DNA of 63,695 bases, filler included, from Globobulimina sp. (Eukaryota): the NCBI GenBank assembly GCA_003354225.1. It is 45 parts of 45 records of this genome, joined end to end, with 100 filler letters (N's around TTAATTAATTAA, not from the genome) between each part and the next. Parts side by side here need not be neighbours in the genome. Positions count along the whole stretch, not along the records: positions 24,113 to 25,430 come from PIVH01018767.1; positions 25,531 to 26,848 come from PIVH01018768.1; positions 26,949 to 28,266 come from PIVH01018769.1; positions 28,367 to 29,684 come from PIVH01018770.1; positions 29,785 to 31,102 come from PIVH01018771.1; positions 31,203 to 32,520 come from PIVH01018772.1; positions 32,621 to 33,938 come from PIVH01018773.1; positions 34,039 to 35,355 come from PIVH01018774.1; 37 more parts are not named here. One strand, 5' to 3'. Both the position numbers and the translations under genes were made by a program. A model generated the notes under the pieces. The model saw only the letters and a list, made by a program, of their open reading frames with translations, was not told the origin of the DNA and ran no database searches. This document shows, in pieces, positions 24,013-35,605 of this stretch (within the stretch, counting starts at the first letter, position 1; the number at the start of each line of letters is the position of its first letter).

Positions 24013-24843
24013 NNNNNNNNNNNNNNNNNNNNNNNNNNNNNNNNNNNNNNNNNNNNTTAATTAATTAANNNNNNNNNNNNNNNNNNNNNNNNNNNNNNNN
24101 NNNNNNNNNNNNACACAAAATCATTATTAAAAGTTTGAAAGAAAAAGGACAAATCGCTGACATTAAAGAATATATTGAATATTTTTAATGAAAATGGAGA
24201 GTTAAGACAAATCGGCAGATAAATATTTTGAAAACATACAAGAAGGAAAGAGAGAATAATAATAATATAAAGTTGGCAGAAATTTAGAGTAAATGAAATA
24301 CAAATAGATGGAAATTGGGAAATATAATAATTAATGGTTCAAATCACAAAGGAACAGAACAAATATAACATTGATTTCTTAAAGTTTTGAAGACAGTTCT
24401 AAATTCTTAATAGTCCAAACAAACAAACACAAAATATCACATATTAAAATAATAATAATGTTGCCAATATTTGCTTACAGTTAATACAAGCGCAGATTTG
24501 CGTAAATGAGCCATTTTCGATTCAATTCTAAATTCTTTACATTTAACAACCGATGATATGCGACATAGGCAAATGAGTTATTGGAATGGTTCAAAATCGA
24601 TTTGTAAGTTTATGTCCATTTACTCCATTGCCACAGGTCCAAAATATCGTTAATTGACCGCCATGCTCGCTAACTATTAATTTACAGATAAATTACAAAA
24701 GTTTTTTTTTCTTTGATTATCAAAGCGTTCATTGATGAAATGAACTAAAAGCAAAAACTCTAATGCGTCCGAATCGCACTCAAAATAGTGCAAGATTTTG
24801 GAGTTGCTGTGAAATACAGTGACAACATGACATACAGAGTTTA

Positions 24844-25257
24844 TTACTGTGTTGAAACAATATCATTCATATTGTCATTATCTAACAAAGGTGCAAAATC
24901 TTCAAAATTACATTCAATATCCAATATCCTTATAATTGTGACCCATTCACGTGATCCAATTATCCTTTTCTTGCGACATCTTTGTTTCTTTCGAATCCAT
25001 ATTTTTTTCACAATTTGTGTTATTTCCTCAACAATAGCAACCACCCTCGGACCGGGAATTAACGGTCTTCCAATCAATGAATATTCCCGCGATGAGACAC
25101 ACAAAATATTATCAAATATTACCTTTTCACCCACTTTGTACGACATTCCTGTCTCTTTGTTATAATACAATGATAACATAATTCGATCCCCTTTCATCAC
25201 TTTAAATTGCCGATTCCTTTTTTTTTTACTTATAATCAAAGCCACACACAAATTCAA
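24844..25257 (-). CDS. Ribosomal protein bL21 (probably mitochondrial, divergent; start unclear)
   Basis: QFKVMKGDRI...VGEKVIFDNILCV...IGRPLI...VVAIVEE...G.RE..T.IRI..I. Confidence 0.75.
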   Translation of the reverse strand: MNLCVALIISKKKRNRQFKVMKGDRIMLSLYYNKETGMSYKVGEKVIFDNILCVSSREYSLIGRPLIPGPRVVAIVEEITQIVKKIWIRKKQRCRKKRIIGSREWVTIIRILDIECNFEDFAPLLDNDNMNDIVSTQ

Positions 25258-25530
25258 GAAATTTCTAACTGATGGTGGTCGGGAGCAAACATAGCAAATT
25301 TATCAGGCAAATCGCCAAATGATACATGCTTTTCATGTGCTTTTACTAAGTGATTAATAGCAGTGCGGTTTACGCAGTTTTTTGGTGAGGGGAAGCGCGG
25401 ATATTTTAGTTGTGGTGGTATATGATATTCNNNNNNNNNNNNNNNNNNNNNNNNNNNNNNNNNNNNNNNNNNNNTTAATTAATTAANNNNNNNNNNNNNN
25501 NNNNNNNNNNNNNNNNNNNNNNNNNNNNNN

Positions 25531-26270
25531 GTTGGGCTTGCCAGAATGATCCCGGATAATCCACCGATTACAAACAGAATAGAGCTGACAGGTTCAGGAA
25601 CCACCGACAGCGTTCCGGCTCCTAATTTTCCGCCTACAGTGCCTGATGCATCAGCGGTAAATGCACTTCCACTCCCACTCGGTCCTGAGTTAAACGATAA
25701 ATTCATATCCAAATTGAATTGTTCATCAGTTAATTGTAATTCACTAATATATTGTGAGTAAGGAGCAGCTCCATACGTTACATTTGTTAAGGCGCCAAAA
25801 TACAAATTAGTTCCAAAAAAACCATCATCAACCACGAAAGCACCTAATGTTCCGGACAAGAATGTATTTGCTCCGTCTGTAATTGAGAAACTAACATCTC
25901 CACCACCTGCTCCTGCAGTATCATCAAAACTAAGATTATTCGGTGAATCATCATTATATAGAGGGCCGATCTGAAAATATGCATTCGTAATGGCATCAGT
26001 TCCGTCACCGAAGTAAGACCCATCCGCATAATTACCCCCGGTGATGTTAAAACTGGAAAGTGTAAGCTGCCAGTCGTTCACTTCGGTGTTCGACCATGTT
26101 TGACAGCTCCCGTTTCTTTTGTATTTCGTACATACACTATCAGTATGGCTATACATATAATCAAAATCCCCAGTATAGTCTAATAATGGTAAATTTGCAG
26201 CAGTTGCGTTATCTATCTGAAAAGCAAAACTGACAACTAGAATAAATACAACAACCAATATTTTCTTCAT
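25531..26270 (-). CDS. Bacterial PEP-CTERM exosortase-target surface protein
   Basis: AAGGAG Shine-Dalgarno, signal peptide MKKILVVVF...ATA, G/S/T/D-rich body, C-terminal VPEPVSSILFVIGG. Confidence 0.85.
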
Positions 26271-26711
26271 AAAATTTCTCCTTTTAATATTCGACTAATA
26301 ATCTATAACCTATAATGATACTTAATTATGAAATGAGTCCCCTAATTAGCAAACTTCATTTGTGGATGATTTAATAGTACATTACCCAACCGAAATACAC
26401 AATTTAATAATACTTATATACCCCATAAATGCCTTATATATGCGCAGTTGCGCAACAATAGTGAGGTAAAATCATAATTAATCATTCCTATCTCCCTATT
26501 ATGCAACTGATTTTTAACAAGGCCGATAAGTATCTAATATTATTCTATTTTTATGCTCCCAATCATGGATCTGACCTCTAGCATTTTCAGCAATTTATCA
26601 GCAAGCAAATTATTTATTAGGTAAAAAACATAACGTAAACAATATTTACAGAATTAATATTTTATTAAAAATTGTGCCATTTTAGAAATAAAACATAAAT
26701 ATATTATTTTC

Positions 26712-26749
26712 TTGACTTATATATTCTCATATTCTAATATTTGAATATG
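26712..26749 (+). promoter_or_regulatory. Sigma70-type promoter with overlapping palindromic operator
   Basis: TTGACT (26712-17), 17 bp, TAATAT (26735-40); inverted repeat CATATTC-TAATATTT-GAATATG at 26728-26749. Confidence 0.6.
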
Positions 26750-26848
26750 TCAGATTTAGTATCTAAAATTGAAGTATTAAAAACTATTTCTCACCCTGTT
26801 CGAGTAGCTATCCTACAAGAATTATCAAAAGGCGTAAAATGCGTAAGC
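26747..26848 (+). CDS. ArsR/SmtB family regulator N-terminus, 3' truncated
   Basis: MSDLVSKIEVLKTISHPVRVAILQELSKGVKCVS. Confidence 0.85.
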
Positions 26849-27254
26849 NNNNNNNNNNNNNNNNNNNNNNNNNNNNNNNNNNNNNNNNNNNNTTAATTAA
26901 TTAANNNNNNNNNNNNNNNNNNNNNNNNNNNNNNNNNNNNNNNNNNNNATCACTGCCTTTTATGGATGACAAAAAAAATAACTTTTTTCAAACAAAAAAG
27001 TTATATTTAGAATTGTATATGAAATTTCGTACAACTTGTTGTTATAAAAACTGAAAATGTAATAATACAGCAAATAATAATATTTTTTTATGGGGGAATA
27101 ATGATTATAATCAATGTTTATATGTTCATGATGCCAATCCTCGCAATATATTAAGAAACCATTATTATTTAATTCAAATTATTTTGGTAAAGATGAAGAA
27201 ATTCTTGAAATGTATCCTTGATATAATGAGACACGAATAATAATTTGTAAAATT

Positions 27255-27897
27255 TAAATGAAGATCCGTCTGCATTTCTAATTTGTTTATTCCAATGACC
27301 ATCAAAATATTTGTCGCCCAACAATATTTTCAATTCCTTTTGTTGTTGAATATGAAATCTCTGTTAACACTAAAAGGTCCATCATATTCTGGCGATGGGA
27401 ATTCCGCCTCCTTTTGACAGCCAAACGAAGCCAAAAAGATTTTATTCATTCTCGTCATGGAGTTTGCAGATACTTTAGAATAGCAAACGAAGAGTCCCAA
27501 ATTTGGAAGCGATGCCAAACATTTCTGTATCCCCAAATCTTTGGTTTCAAGTTTGCTTTTTCGCTCTTCGCCATTCGCAAAGCTTGCGCCACAATCTGCA
27601 GCACTTTGTAATGTGTATCAGGCCCAGTCCCTTCAGGGTCGAATGCCACGGTCACCAGATCCGGCTGTATTTGCGGCCCAATTTCATCCGCTCTGAACGC
27701 CATTTTGGCTCTCCGTTTTCCCCCACAATCTCCGCTTTCTCCTCTTGTTTAAGCTCGTCGTTCTGCGGCACATCGAGCAATGACTGCAAATAATATTTGA
27801 CATGCTGCGGATTGGACAAATTGACACGTCGCAAAACACTCACAATGTACCGATCTGGGCACGAATTAAAGCCCGAAGTGACATACGTGAAATAGTT
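27255..27897 (-). pseudogene. Glucosamine-6-phosphate deaminase long-form (PIG-L-like C-terminal domain) pseudogene
   Basis: Pieces in different frames: YVTSGFN; QPDLVTVAFDPEGTGPDTHYKVLQ...IWGYRNVWHRF; FGCQKEAEFPSPEYDGPFS; LKILLGDKYF..H...IRNADG. Confidence 0.65.
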
Positions 27898-28366
27898 GGA
27901 AAAGATCTACCACATCATGGAACCAGCGGCAACCGCTGGACCATTTGTAAATAAATTAGTTGTTATTTACATTAAATTTTTATTTTCTTTAATATAAATT
28001 GTGTTAATCACATTCATATTTTACGAACATTTAATTTAATTTTTTTGTATATTTATTTTTATTTAAATACACTTTTTTGTTTAGATTTTGACCACGTCAA
28101 TAAGTGGTGCTATTTATTGTTATTATCAATATATTATCACATATCAAAGACGAGAGAAAGAAAAAAAACAATTTATTCATAAAAATGTTGGTTCAAAATT
28201 ATTGGTTCACAATGTGAGGAATTATGTACATAGCAAAATTATTGAATTTGTTAACAAAAATTACAANNNNNNNNNNNNNNNNNNNNNNNNNNNNNNNNNN
28301 NNNNNNNNNNTTAATTAATTAANNNNNNNNNNNNNNNNNNNNNNNNNNNNNNNNNNNNNNNNNNNN

Positions 28367-28802
28367 AGATGATACTGAGTTGAATATAGAGAGATTGTCG
28401 GTATATTCATCGAGATACACTAGCAAAAAAGTAGAGTTTTTTAGCAGATCAGAATGGCATTTTAAGAAAAGCATTTCGTTGAATGCCTCCTTAGTAATGG
28501 CCTACAATAATTATGGCTGTTTATTGCGTCGATTGGAGAAACATAACGGAGCAAAGGAAATGTTTGCCAAAGCATTGAGCATCGATCCAAAGTTTGTTAT
28601 GGCCAAAAGGAATTTGGATAGAGCACAAATGAAAGAGAAAGGACTAGATCCATACAAACAAGACCATACTCACAATGATAATAATAATAACGGTAAAACA
28701 AAATTTAAAAGAGCAATAAAAGCAAGCGGTAATAATAGGACTATAAACGATGATATGTATGCTAACCAAAAAATGAATGATAGCAATTGTATTGTTATGT
28801 GA
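28367..28802 (+). CDS. TPR protein C-terminus
   Basis: AYNNYGCLL......AKEMFAKALSIDPKFVMAKRNL. Confidence 0.75.
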
Positions 28803-29224
28803 TTATGATAAATATTTAAAGTGTTTCTGTTTTTCCTTTTGTAGCTATTTTTAATATATGACATTAGATGTACAGGTACTTATTATGTAATTTTTGATTT
28901 CATCCTCATTTTTTTTTCCTTTTTGTTTTATTGAATATTATATTGTTTTGATAACTATACATAAATAATCAGTGATGGACACAGAACCTGAACTCACTGA
29001 GTAATTCAGTAAATTCACAAAATTCTTGATTCACTGAGCTCAAAATTCACTAAATTCAGAAAACCTACATTCAGAATTCGGGAGTTCACCCTGCCTACCT
29101 AACATAATACATAAAGTATTAAACAATTATTCAAACACTAATGGGATATCATATATAATTGTTCAACAAAAATGTATATATACAGCCAAAATAAAAATAA
29201 TTTTACAGACACTACACCCATTTT

Positions 29225-29357
29225 TTGGCAAGGTTTTTGGGTTAGCTAGAGTGGTTTTCCAACTTCGAATACTAGGATTACTTAAGTTAAAAACCACTCT
29301 AGCTAACCCAAAAACTTTGCTAATCGTTGAAACGAAACAAAGGCAAAAAAGCTAATT
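29225..29357. repeat. Interspersed repeat family A, inverted pair (34-bp arms, 31-bp spacer)
   Basis: 29225-29258 is the reverse complement of 29290-29323 (2 mismatches); core AAACCACTCTAGCTAACCCAAAAACCTTGCCAA. Confidence 0.9.
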
Positions 29358-29784
29358 ATGGTTGTTCTTATATTGCATCCGTCAGATTTACCATTCAAAA
29401 AGTCGAGCGGAGAATAATTTGATAGATATATCAACTAATATTAAATCAAACACACAAAACAAAGACATTCAAGACAGCACTCGTACAAACACTTAACACG
29501 AATTCACAAAAAACACACACAAAAGGTTCAAAAATGAATTCAACACAATTACAAGGAGCCTACTTACAATTGCAATTATAATGGAAATTGAATCAAAGAC
29601 CTCGGCTCCCAAATATTTGGCCTTAAATTCCAAAACTCAAATAATTGCTCGATTGGTTCGTCATATAACAAGTTAAATTTCTTTNNNNNNNNNNNNNNNN
29701 NNNNNNNNNNNNNNNNNNNNNNNNNNNNTTAATTAATTAANNNNNNNNNNNNNNNNNNNNNNNNNNNNNNNNNNNNNNNNNNNN

Positions 29785-29961
29785 ACGGATATGAGATACA
29801 AGAGAAAAAAAGCCTAAAAGCTAAATCTTTAGTATATTACTAGTTATTTTTATATTAATTCTTATAAATTTCAATAATATTACTGATGTAAAATAGAAAC
29901 AGTTTCTCATATCCCAATCTCATATCCCAATCACAGTTTGTCATATCCCGTGCGAACCTTA
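29785..29961. mobile_element. MITE-like element (left end cut by contig edge)
   Basis: ACGGATATGA at the contig start is inverted to TCATATCCCGT near 29941; TCATATCCC occurs three times. Confidence 0.45.
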
Positions 29962-29995
29962 CCCAGCCCTCGAAACTAAGCAGATATTTTCTAAG

Positions 29996-31102
29996 CAGAT
30001 ATTTTCAATTGGAAAAGGATTTGGAGGTTTATGAATCCGCAATATTTCTAACTTAATCGCGCCAGCATATATTTCTTGTGTCCATAAAATTGTTGTATCG
30101 CTATGGAATGAATTAAAGATTGAATTATTATATAAGACCGACAGTAAAATTAGAAAAAATGTACAGAATGCGATCGAATGGAATAATGCCAACACAACAA
30201 AGAAATTTAACATTGAGATTGATGATGTATTTCATAAATTGGATAAATTAAATTTGAACGCTCACTCTGACGATGAGAGTAAGTGCGACTTAGAGGTTTT
30301 TGAAAGTATGTTGAAAATGGCAAATTTAAGGATCAGTAATGATGAATCAAATATGGATGTTGATGAAGAGAAGGAATACGAAAATTGCGGTGTGTATGAC
30401 ATAAATAGTAAATATAAAATGAATTCGATGACGTACGGTATTGAGAGCAAGATATATCATGAAATATTTAATAAAACAAGTATTACGACAAAAATTATGA
30501 TGAATGCGAGGCGGTCAAACAAAAGTATGGCGTTTTTGAATAATATTATTGGCATTGACTGGTTAAATGAGATGTTTTTAGAGAACAACGATTGGAATTT
30601 ATTGATTCGGATTTTATACGGATTGCCTATTGTTGATATACATAAACAAATAATTTGTAATCAGTGTCATGAACATATTAAACATGAACACGTCATTGAA
30701 CATATCAATAAATGCAGATTTGGGACAAAAGCACATCATTATCGGCATGATAAAATCGCATATTATTTATATAAATTATTTGAGACGGAATGCGGGAACG
30801 TTTCATATGAAACAAAATCGAGAAAAAAGGGAGCAAGCAAACAAAAACCGGATATATGGATACATAACAGTATTGAATATGAGAAGGATAGATTTAGTAA
30901 AGTCATGTTGGACGTTATTATAACCGACATTTTTTGCAATGAAAATAAGTTTAATACGGAAAAAGATAATATCACACATTTTATGGCAGGAAAAATTGGA
31001 GAAAACAGTAAATATTATAAATACAAAGATAGATTCGAATCGGAGTTATTAAATGGATACAAATTCATACCATTGGCTTTTGACAGTTTTGGAGGTATCA
31101 GT
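29996..31102 (+). mobile_element. Non-LTR retrotransposon (restriction-like endonuclease clade, CRE/R2/NeSL-type), degenerate C-terminal part
   Basis: GGL*IR...AY (TGA at 30032 where GGLG is expected), CCHC knuckle CNQC-x9-H-x3-C, RHD, KPDI, DV, KYYKY, FIPLAFDSFGG. Confidence 0.8.
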
Positions 31103-31202
31103 NNNNNNNNNNNNNNNNNNNNNNNNNNNNNNNNNNNNNNNNNNNNTTAATTAATTAANNNNNNNNNNNNNNNNNNNNNNNNNNNNNNNNNNNNNNNNNN
31201 NN

Positions 31203-32520
31203 TGATATTTTGGATGAGTCATCCATGTTATTTGCGAAATGGTTAGTTTTTGCAAAACAGTTTGTTAAAATTTTAACAAATAATGATTGTGATGATGATG
31301 ATGATTATTTATTTGTATTTGATTTATTTTGTGATTTTGGTTTAAAAACATTCATTTCCATGTTATCGACATATCCATTAAAAAGAAAATATATTTTTGA
31401 ATTTATAGATTTATTTTTGAATACGGATGAAGAGAGAATTATATTTTTGAAGAAATTACAAACAGAATTAAGTGGAATGGATGAATTTATTGAGAATATT
31501 GCAATATTCATAGAATGTAACAATAACAATATATCTCAGCAATTATTTGACATTTATACATATTATGCCATCTCCGGATTAACCCACATTTCACCAAAAA
31601 CCAGAGCCGCGGCCTTATGTACATTATCCGCTATTGTTCAAAACTCAAATGCAAATAATGATATCTCCAATATTATAAATACAATGTTTGAGAATATCAT
31701 AATGAATATGACTGATAATAAATGGTGGGAAATTCATGCAAATTTAATAATTTTATGTTGTAATCTATTAACACGATTTAATAAAAGACACCCAATTTCA
31801 CAAAAAGTATATAAAACATTGGACGTTTTATTAAATAATCCCAATGGCGATTTATGTGGTAAAATTATTAAAATCGCATTGTTTTATTTATCGACTTGCA
31901 TCGAAGGACATGAGTCAATGTATGCAATATTTACAAATCTTTTATTAAAATATGACAATGTCCGATGTATATTATTAGGAAATAAACAATTTAACGAATC
32001 TATAAATTTTTCGTTTGGTAAACGAATACAAATTGAATGCATTTGTTGTATTGAAAACTGGCAAGGATGGATTCCCTGTATTTGTATTTCTGATATTGTC
32101 AAACAATCAAATCTGGGCAATTTATTACCAGCTCATTTAGAAATTATATTAGCGATCATTGGCCATTTAAATGAAGGCTTTCCGATGGAACAAAGTATTG
32201 AATGGAAACAAGTTTTTCTCAAATTAAAAGATTATTTATTGGTTGAATTATGCGATCCGTCTTCGTGTATGTCGATATCACAATGTTTATTAAAGTTTAT
32301 TTATGATCGGAATATATCCCAAGAAGCTGCCAAGTTAATATATAGCGATACAGACACTCCTCCATTGTTTGGTGTATTGAAATTAATATTTGATTCGAAT
32401 TCGCCTCCGTTATGTCAACAGATATTATTTGATTTCTTGTCAAAATTATTAAATGACAACCGATTTGAGAAAATTACAAAACAATTATTGAATATGTTTT
32501 ACTTAAAATATCCAATTCAA
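31203..32520 (+). CDS. ARM/HEAT-like helical repeat protein (partial)
   Basis: Open frame across the contig; SPKTRAAALCTLSAI, WWEIHANLIIL. Confidence 0.55.
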
Positions 32521-32621
32521 NNNNNNNNNNNNNNNNNNNNNNNNNNNNNNNNNNNNNNNNNNNNTTAATTAATTAANNNNNNNNNNNNNNNNNNNNNNNN
32601 NNNNNNNNNNNNNNNNNNNNT

Positions 32622-33548
32622 CAGCGAGCGTGGTTACAACAGAACGAATCCGCCCAATCCATATTAATTGTATTAATCTTACAATGTTATATCAGCAGTA
32701 ATTTATATAACTTGGCGCATAAATTCGTGGAGAAAGCGGAATTTCCGTCCGGTTCAGAGTCTCAGTTTTATGCACGATATCATTTTTATCGCGGCTGTAT
32801 TGATTGTGTGCAGTTGAATTATAGCGACTCATTATACCATTTGGAACAAGCGATCCGTAGGGCGCCGCAAACCGGAACTTATGGCTTCAAAATCATCACA
32901 ACGCAGTGGCTCATTGTGATCCAATTGCTAATGGGCGATGTCCCGGATCGCACTATATTTAAACCAAAATTTGATGGAAATTCCACCAAAAATAATCCGC
33001 AATTAAATGAGAAATTATTACCGTTTTTGGAGATTACACAATGTGTAAAAGAAGGGGAGTTAAAAGAGTATGAAATGGTGTTAAATAAATATAATAATTT
33101 GTTCATAGCCTGTGGTTTGAGCAAAATATTACTGCGGTTGAGACATAATGTGATTAAGACGGGTTTAAGGAAAATCAATAAAGCGTACAGTAAGATATCG
33201 CTACCTGATATTGCCAATAAATTAGGACTTAGTTCGGAGAAAAATGCCTATTTTATTGTCTCTAAAGCAATCCGCGATGGTGTGATAAATGCGAAAATTG
33301 ATTATAAAAATAAATTTGTTGAATCTTCGCAAAATATTCATGTTTATAATACATCAGAACCGTATAATAATTATTCACAGCGTATTAAATTTTGTTTGGA
33401 AATAAGGAATAATGCGGTTAAAAATTTAAGATATCCACCAAAGGATGATGAAGAGGAAGAAAATAATAAAGATAGTGATGATGAGTTTGTTTCTCCTGAA
33501 GAAATTGCTGAAATGATTCAAAAACATTTTGAAGAAGACGATGATTAA
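32622..33548 (+). CDS. RPN3: 26S proteasome regulatory subunit Rpn3/PSMD3, 5' truncated
   Basis: ARYHFYRG.I..VQLNY, QAIRRAPQ, QLLMGDVPDR, RLRHNVIKTGLRKINKAYSKISL, KAIRDGVINA, RIKFCL, LRYP. Confidence 0.95.
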   Translation, partial: QRAWLQQNESAQSILIVLILQCYISSNLYNLAHKFVEKAEFPSGSESQFYARYHFYRGCIDCVQLNYSDSLYHLEQAIRRAPQTGTYGFKIITTQWLIVIQLLMGDVPDRTIFKPKFDGNSTKNNPQLNEKLLPFLEITQCVKEGELKEYEMVLNKYNNLFIACGLSKILLRLRHNVIKTGLRKINKAYSKISLPDIANKLGLSSEKNAYFIVSKAIRDGVINAKIDYKNKFVESSQNIHVYNTSEPYNNYSQRIKFCLEIRNNAVKNLRYPPKDDEEEENNKDSDDEFVSPEEIAEMIQKHFEEDDD

Positions 33549-33752
33549 CATATATAACATAATATGTTTTTATTTGATGATTAACATATATAAAATAACA
33601 GTTTCAAACCCAGCAATACAGTCTGACTGTATTCTTCATATTTATAATCCAAATGCAACTCTGTGGTACATTGTTTACTCTGTTACTATCACGTATGCAG
33701 TCAACAAATCCGCGCATTACAGGCACAACACAAACGTTAAACGTAACAAGCT

Positions 33753-33850
33753 AACTTCGAATACTATGTTGAAAACCACTCTAGCTAACCCAAAAACCTT
33801 GCCAATCGTTGAAATGAAATGAAACGAAACTAAGCCAAAAAAGTTAAATA
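33753..33850 (+). repeat. Repeat family A copy
   Basis: AACTTCGAATACTA...AAAACCACTCTAGCTAACCCAAAAACCTTGCCAATCGTTGAAA, shared with 29261-29340. Confidence 0.9.
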
Positions 33851-34040
33851 TAACGAACAAATAATTCGGTAACATGGATGTGGTAACATGTGCGTATGGT
33901 TGATATGATTCATTTGCAATCTATAAATCTCCACTGTGNNNNNNNNNNNNNNNNNNNNNNNNNNNNNNNNNNNNNNNNNNNNTTAATTAATTAANNNNNN
34001 NNNNNNNNNNNNNNNNNNNNNNNNNNNNNNNNNNNNNNCA

Positions 34041-35240
34041 ATGGGAAACGTACCATTTATACCGTCAATATTCAGTCCAGAACGCGGAGAGGGTCGGGCT
34101 CTCCGTCGACTTTCCGCATTAAACAGCAATGTGCCGAGTGCAGGATTGCAGAGACAACGACATCAACAAGTTTTTATCAAAAATCAGATCATTTCCGTAG
34201 ACGATCATTATTTAGAAATCGGAGACTTGTTAGGATGTGGCGGGTTTGCCGATGTTTATGACTGTAAACCAGCATTCACCAAAGATGTCCAACTCACCAC
34301 ACAAACATTATACTTAGCTCGCAAACAATTGACATCGCCCACTAAAACTGGCTATGTCGACAATGAGAACACTGGAATCGCAAAAGCAACGTGTATGGAG
34401 AACCTCTGTTTTATGCTGCAATCTGCCGATATCATTCAATTAGTAGCAAAAGTAGAACGTAATGAGAACATCGAATTTGACAATGAACATCAAATATTGT
34501 TACATTTATCCTCATTGAATGCAGACTTTATGCCTCCAATACTTTGTATGGGGCTGTTTGATGAGCATAGAATTATTGTGATGCAAAGATTGTCCATGGA
34601 CTGTGAGACCTTATTACGTAACGAATTCGGTGGACGAATGTCACCATCAATGGCGTCAGAAATGATTTGTGCAATGCTGTATTGTTTGGAGTCACTGCAT
34701 TCGTGCGGTTACGTACACAATGACATTAAGCCTGAAAACTTTCTATTAAATGGAGAAGGCAAAATATTTCTAATTGATTACGGCTTAGGCACAAAATTTC
34801 TAGATTTTGAGACCAATGAACATATCGAATATGCCCGCTCGAAGTCGTTAAAAGGAACGTTAAGATATGCGTCCATTAACATGCACAACGGAATGTTGCC
34901 ATCGCGCAGAGACGACATTGAATCACTGTTCTATGTTTGGTTGTATTTTATGTTGGGAAGGCTGCCATGGCAAAATATTCACACTCCGCATATCGCTGAT
35001 AAGAAAACTGCAACGTATAAGAGATGGAAAAACGTATTGAAAGTTAAACAAAATTGTAAAATTAGCAACATTTGCAAAGATTTTGAGCCTGGAATGGTTG
35101 GATTAATCCAGCAATTTAAAAACCATTTTACGGGATTAGAATTTGATGAAAAACCAGATTATCAAACTTTATATCGATTATTAAGACGCATCATCGTTAC
35201 TGATGTTACCAGCATGCTTTTGGGTTCCGAAACAATGTAA
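34041..35240 (+). CDS. Casein kinase 1-like Ser/Thr kinase
   Basis: LGCGGFADVY, VAKVE, HNDIKPENFL, IDYGL, GTLRYAS, SRRDDIESL, LPWQ, KPDY. Confidence 0.9.
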   Translation: MGNVPFIPSIFSPERGEGRALRRLSALNSNVPSAGLQRQRHQQVFIKNQIISVDDHYLEIGDLLGCGGFADVYDCKPAFTKDVQLTTQTLYLARKQLTSPTKTGYVDNENTGIAKATCMENLCFMLQSADIIQLVAKVERNENIEFDNEHQILLHLSSLNADFMPPILCMGLFDEHRIIVMQRLSMDCETLLRNEFGGRMSPSMASEMICAMLYCLESLHSCGYVHNDIKPENFLLNGEGKIFLIDYGLGTKFLDFETNEHIEYARSKSLKGTLRYASINMHNGMLPSRRDDIESLFYVWLYFMLGRLPWQNIHTPHIADKKTATYKRWKNVLKVKQNCKISNICKDFEPGMVGLIQQFKNHFTGLEFDEKPDYQTLYRLLRRIIVTDVTSMLLGSETM

Positions 35241-35605
35241 AAAATATATAAAAACTATTTCAACTTCTTGTAGCAAATTAAATTTAAAAAGAAACTAAAA
35301 AAAAACCTTTTTTTTTCAATCCTTTCGTGATGAGATCTGTATTCTTATGTTTAGTNNNNNNNNNNNNNNNNNNNNNNNNNNNNNNNNNNNNNNNNNNNNT
35401 TAATTAATTAANNNNNNNNNNNNNNNNNNNNNNNNNNNNNNNNNNNNNNNNNNNNATGGTGAAGTGAACATTTTCCTATATAACTATGAATAGGAGTTAT
35501 CAAATTTCATTTTTTTTCATATTTTTTGGCAGTTCGAATTTCCGCAGTTCAGTAGTTCAGTAGCTCAGTAGCTCAGAAGTTAGTTTGATCCAATGTGGAC
35601 CTAGA

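Noticed and set aside
26660-26680. Sigma54 promoter for the PEP-CTERM gene
   Set aside because: TGGCAC is present on the minus strand but the -12 TTGC element is absent.
28970-29093. hAT-like MITE with AATTCA subrepeats
   Set aside because: Ends match poorly and no target-site duplication is visible.
29225-29323. CRISPR repeat-spacer-repeat (34/31/34 bp)
   Set aside because: The arms are inverted rather than direct, and other copies are dispersed singly.
30032-30034. TGA recoding or alternative genetic code
   Set aside because: TGA, TAA and TAG all end genes in the window, and conserved Trp uses TGG; a single GGA-to-TGA mutation in a retroelement suffices.
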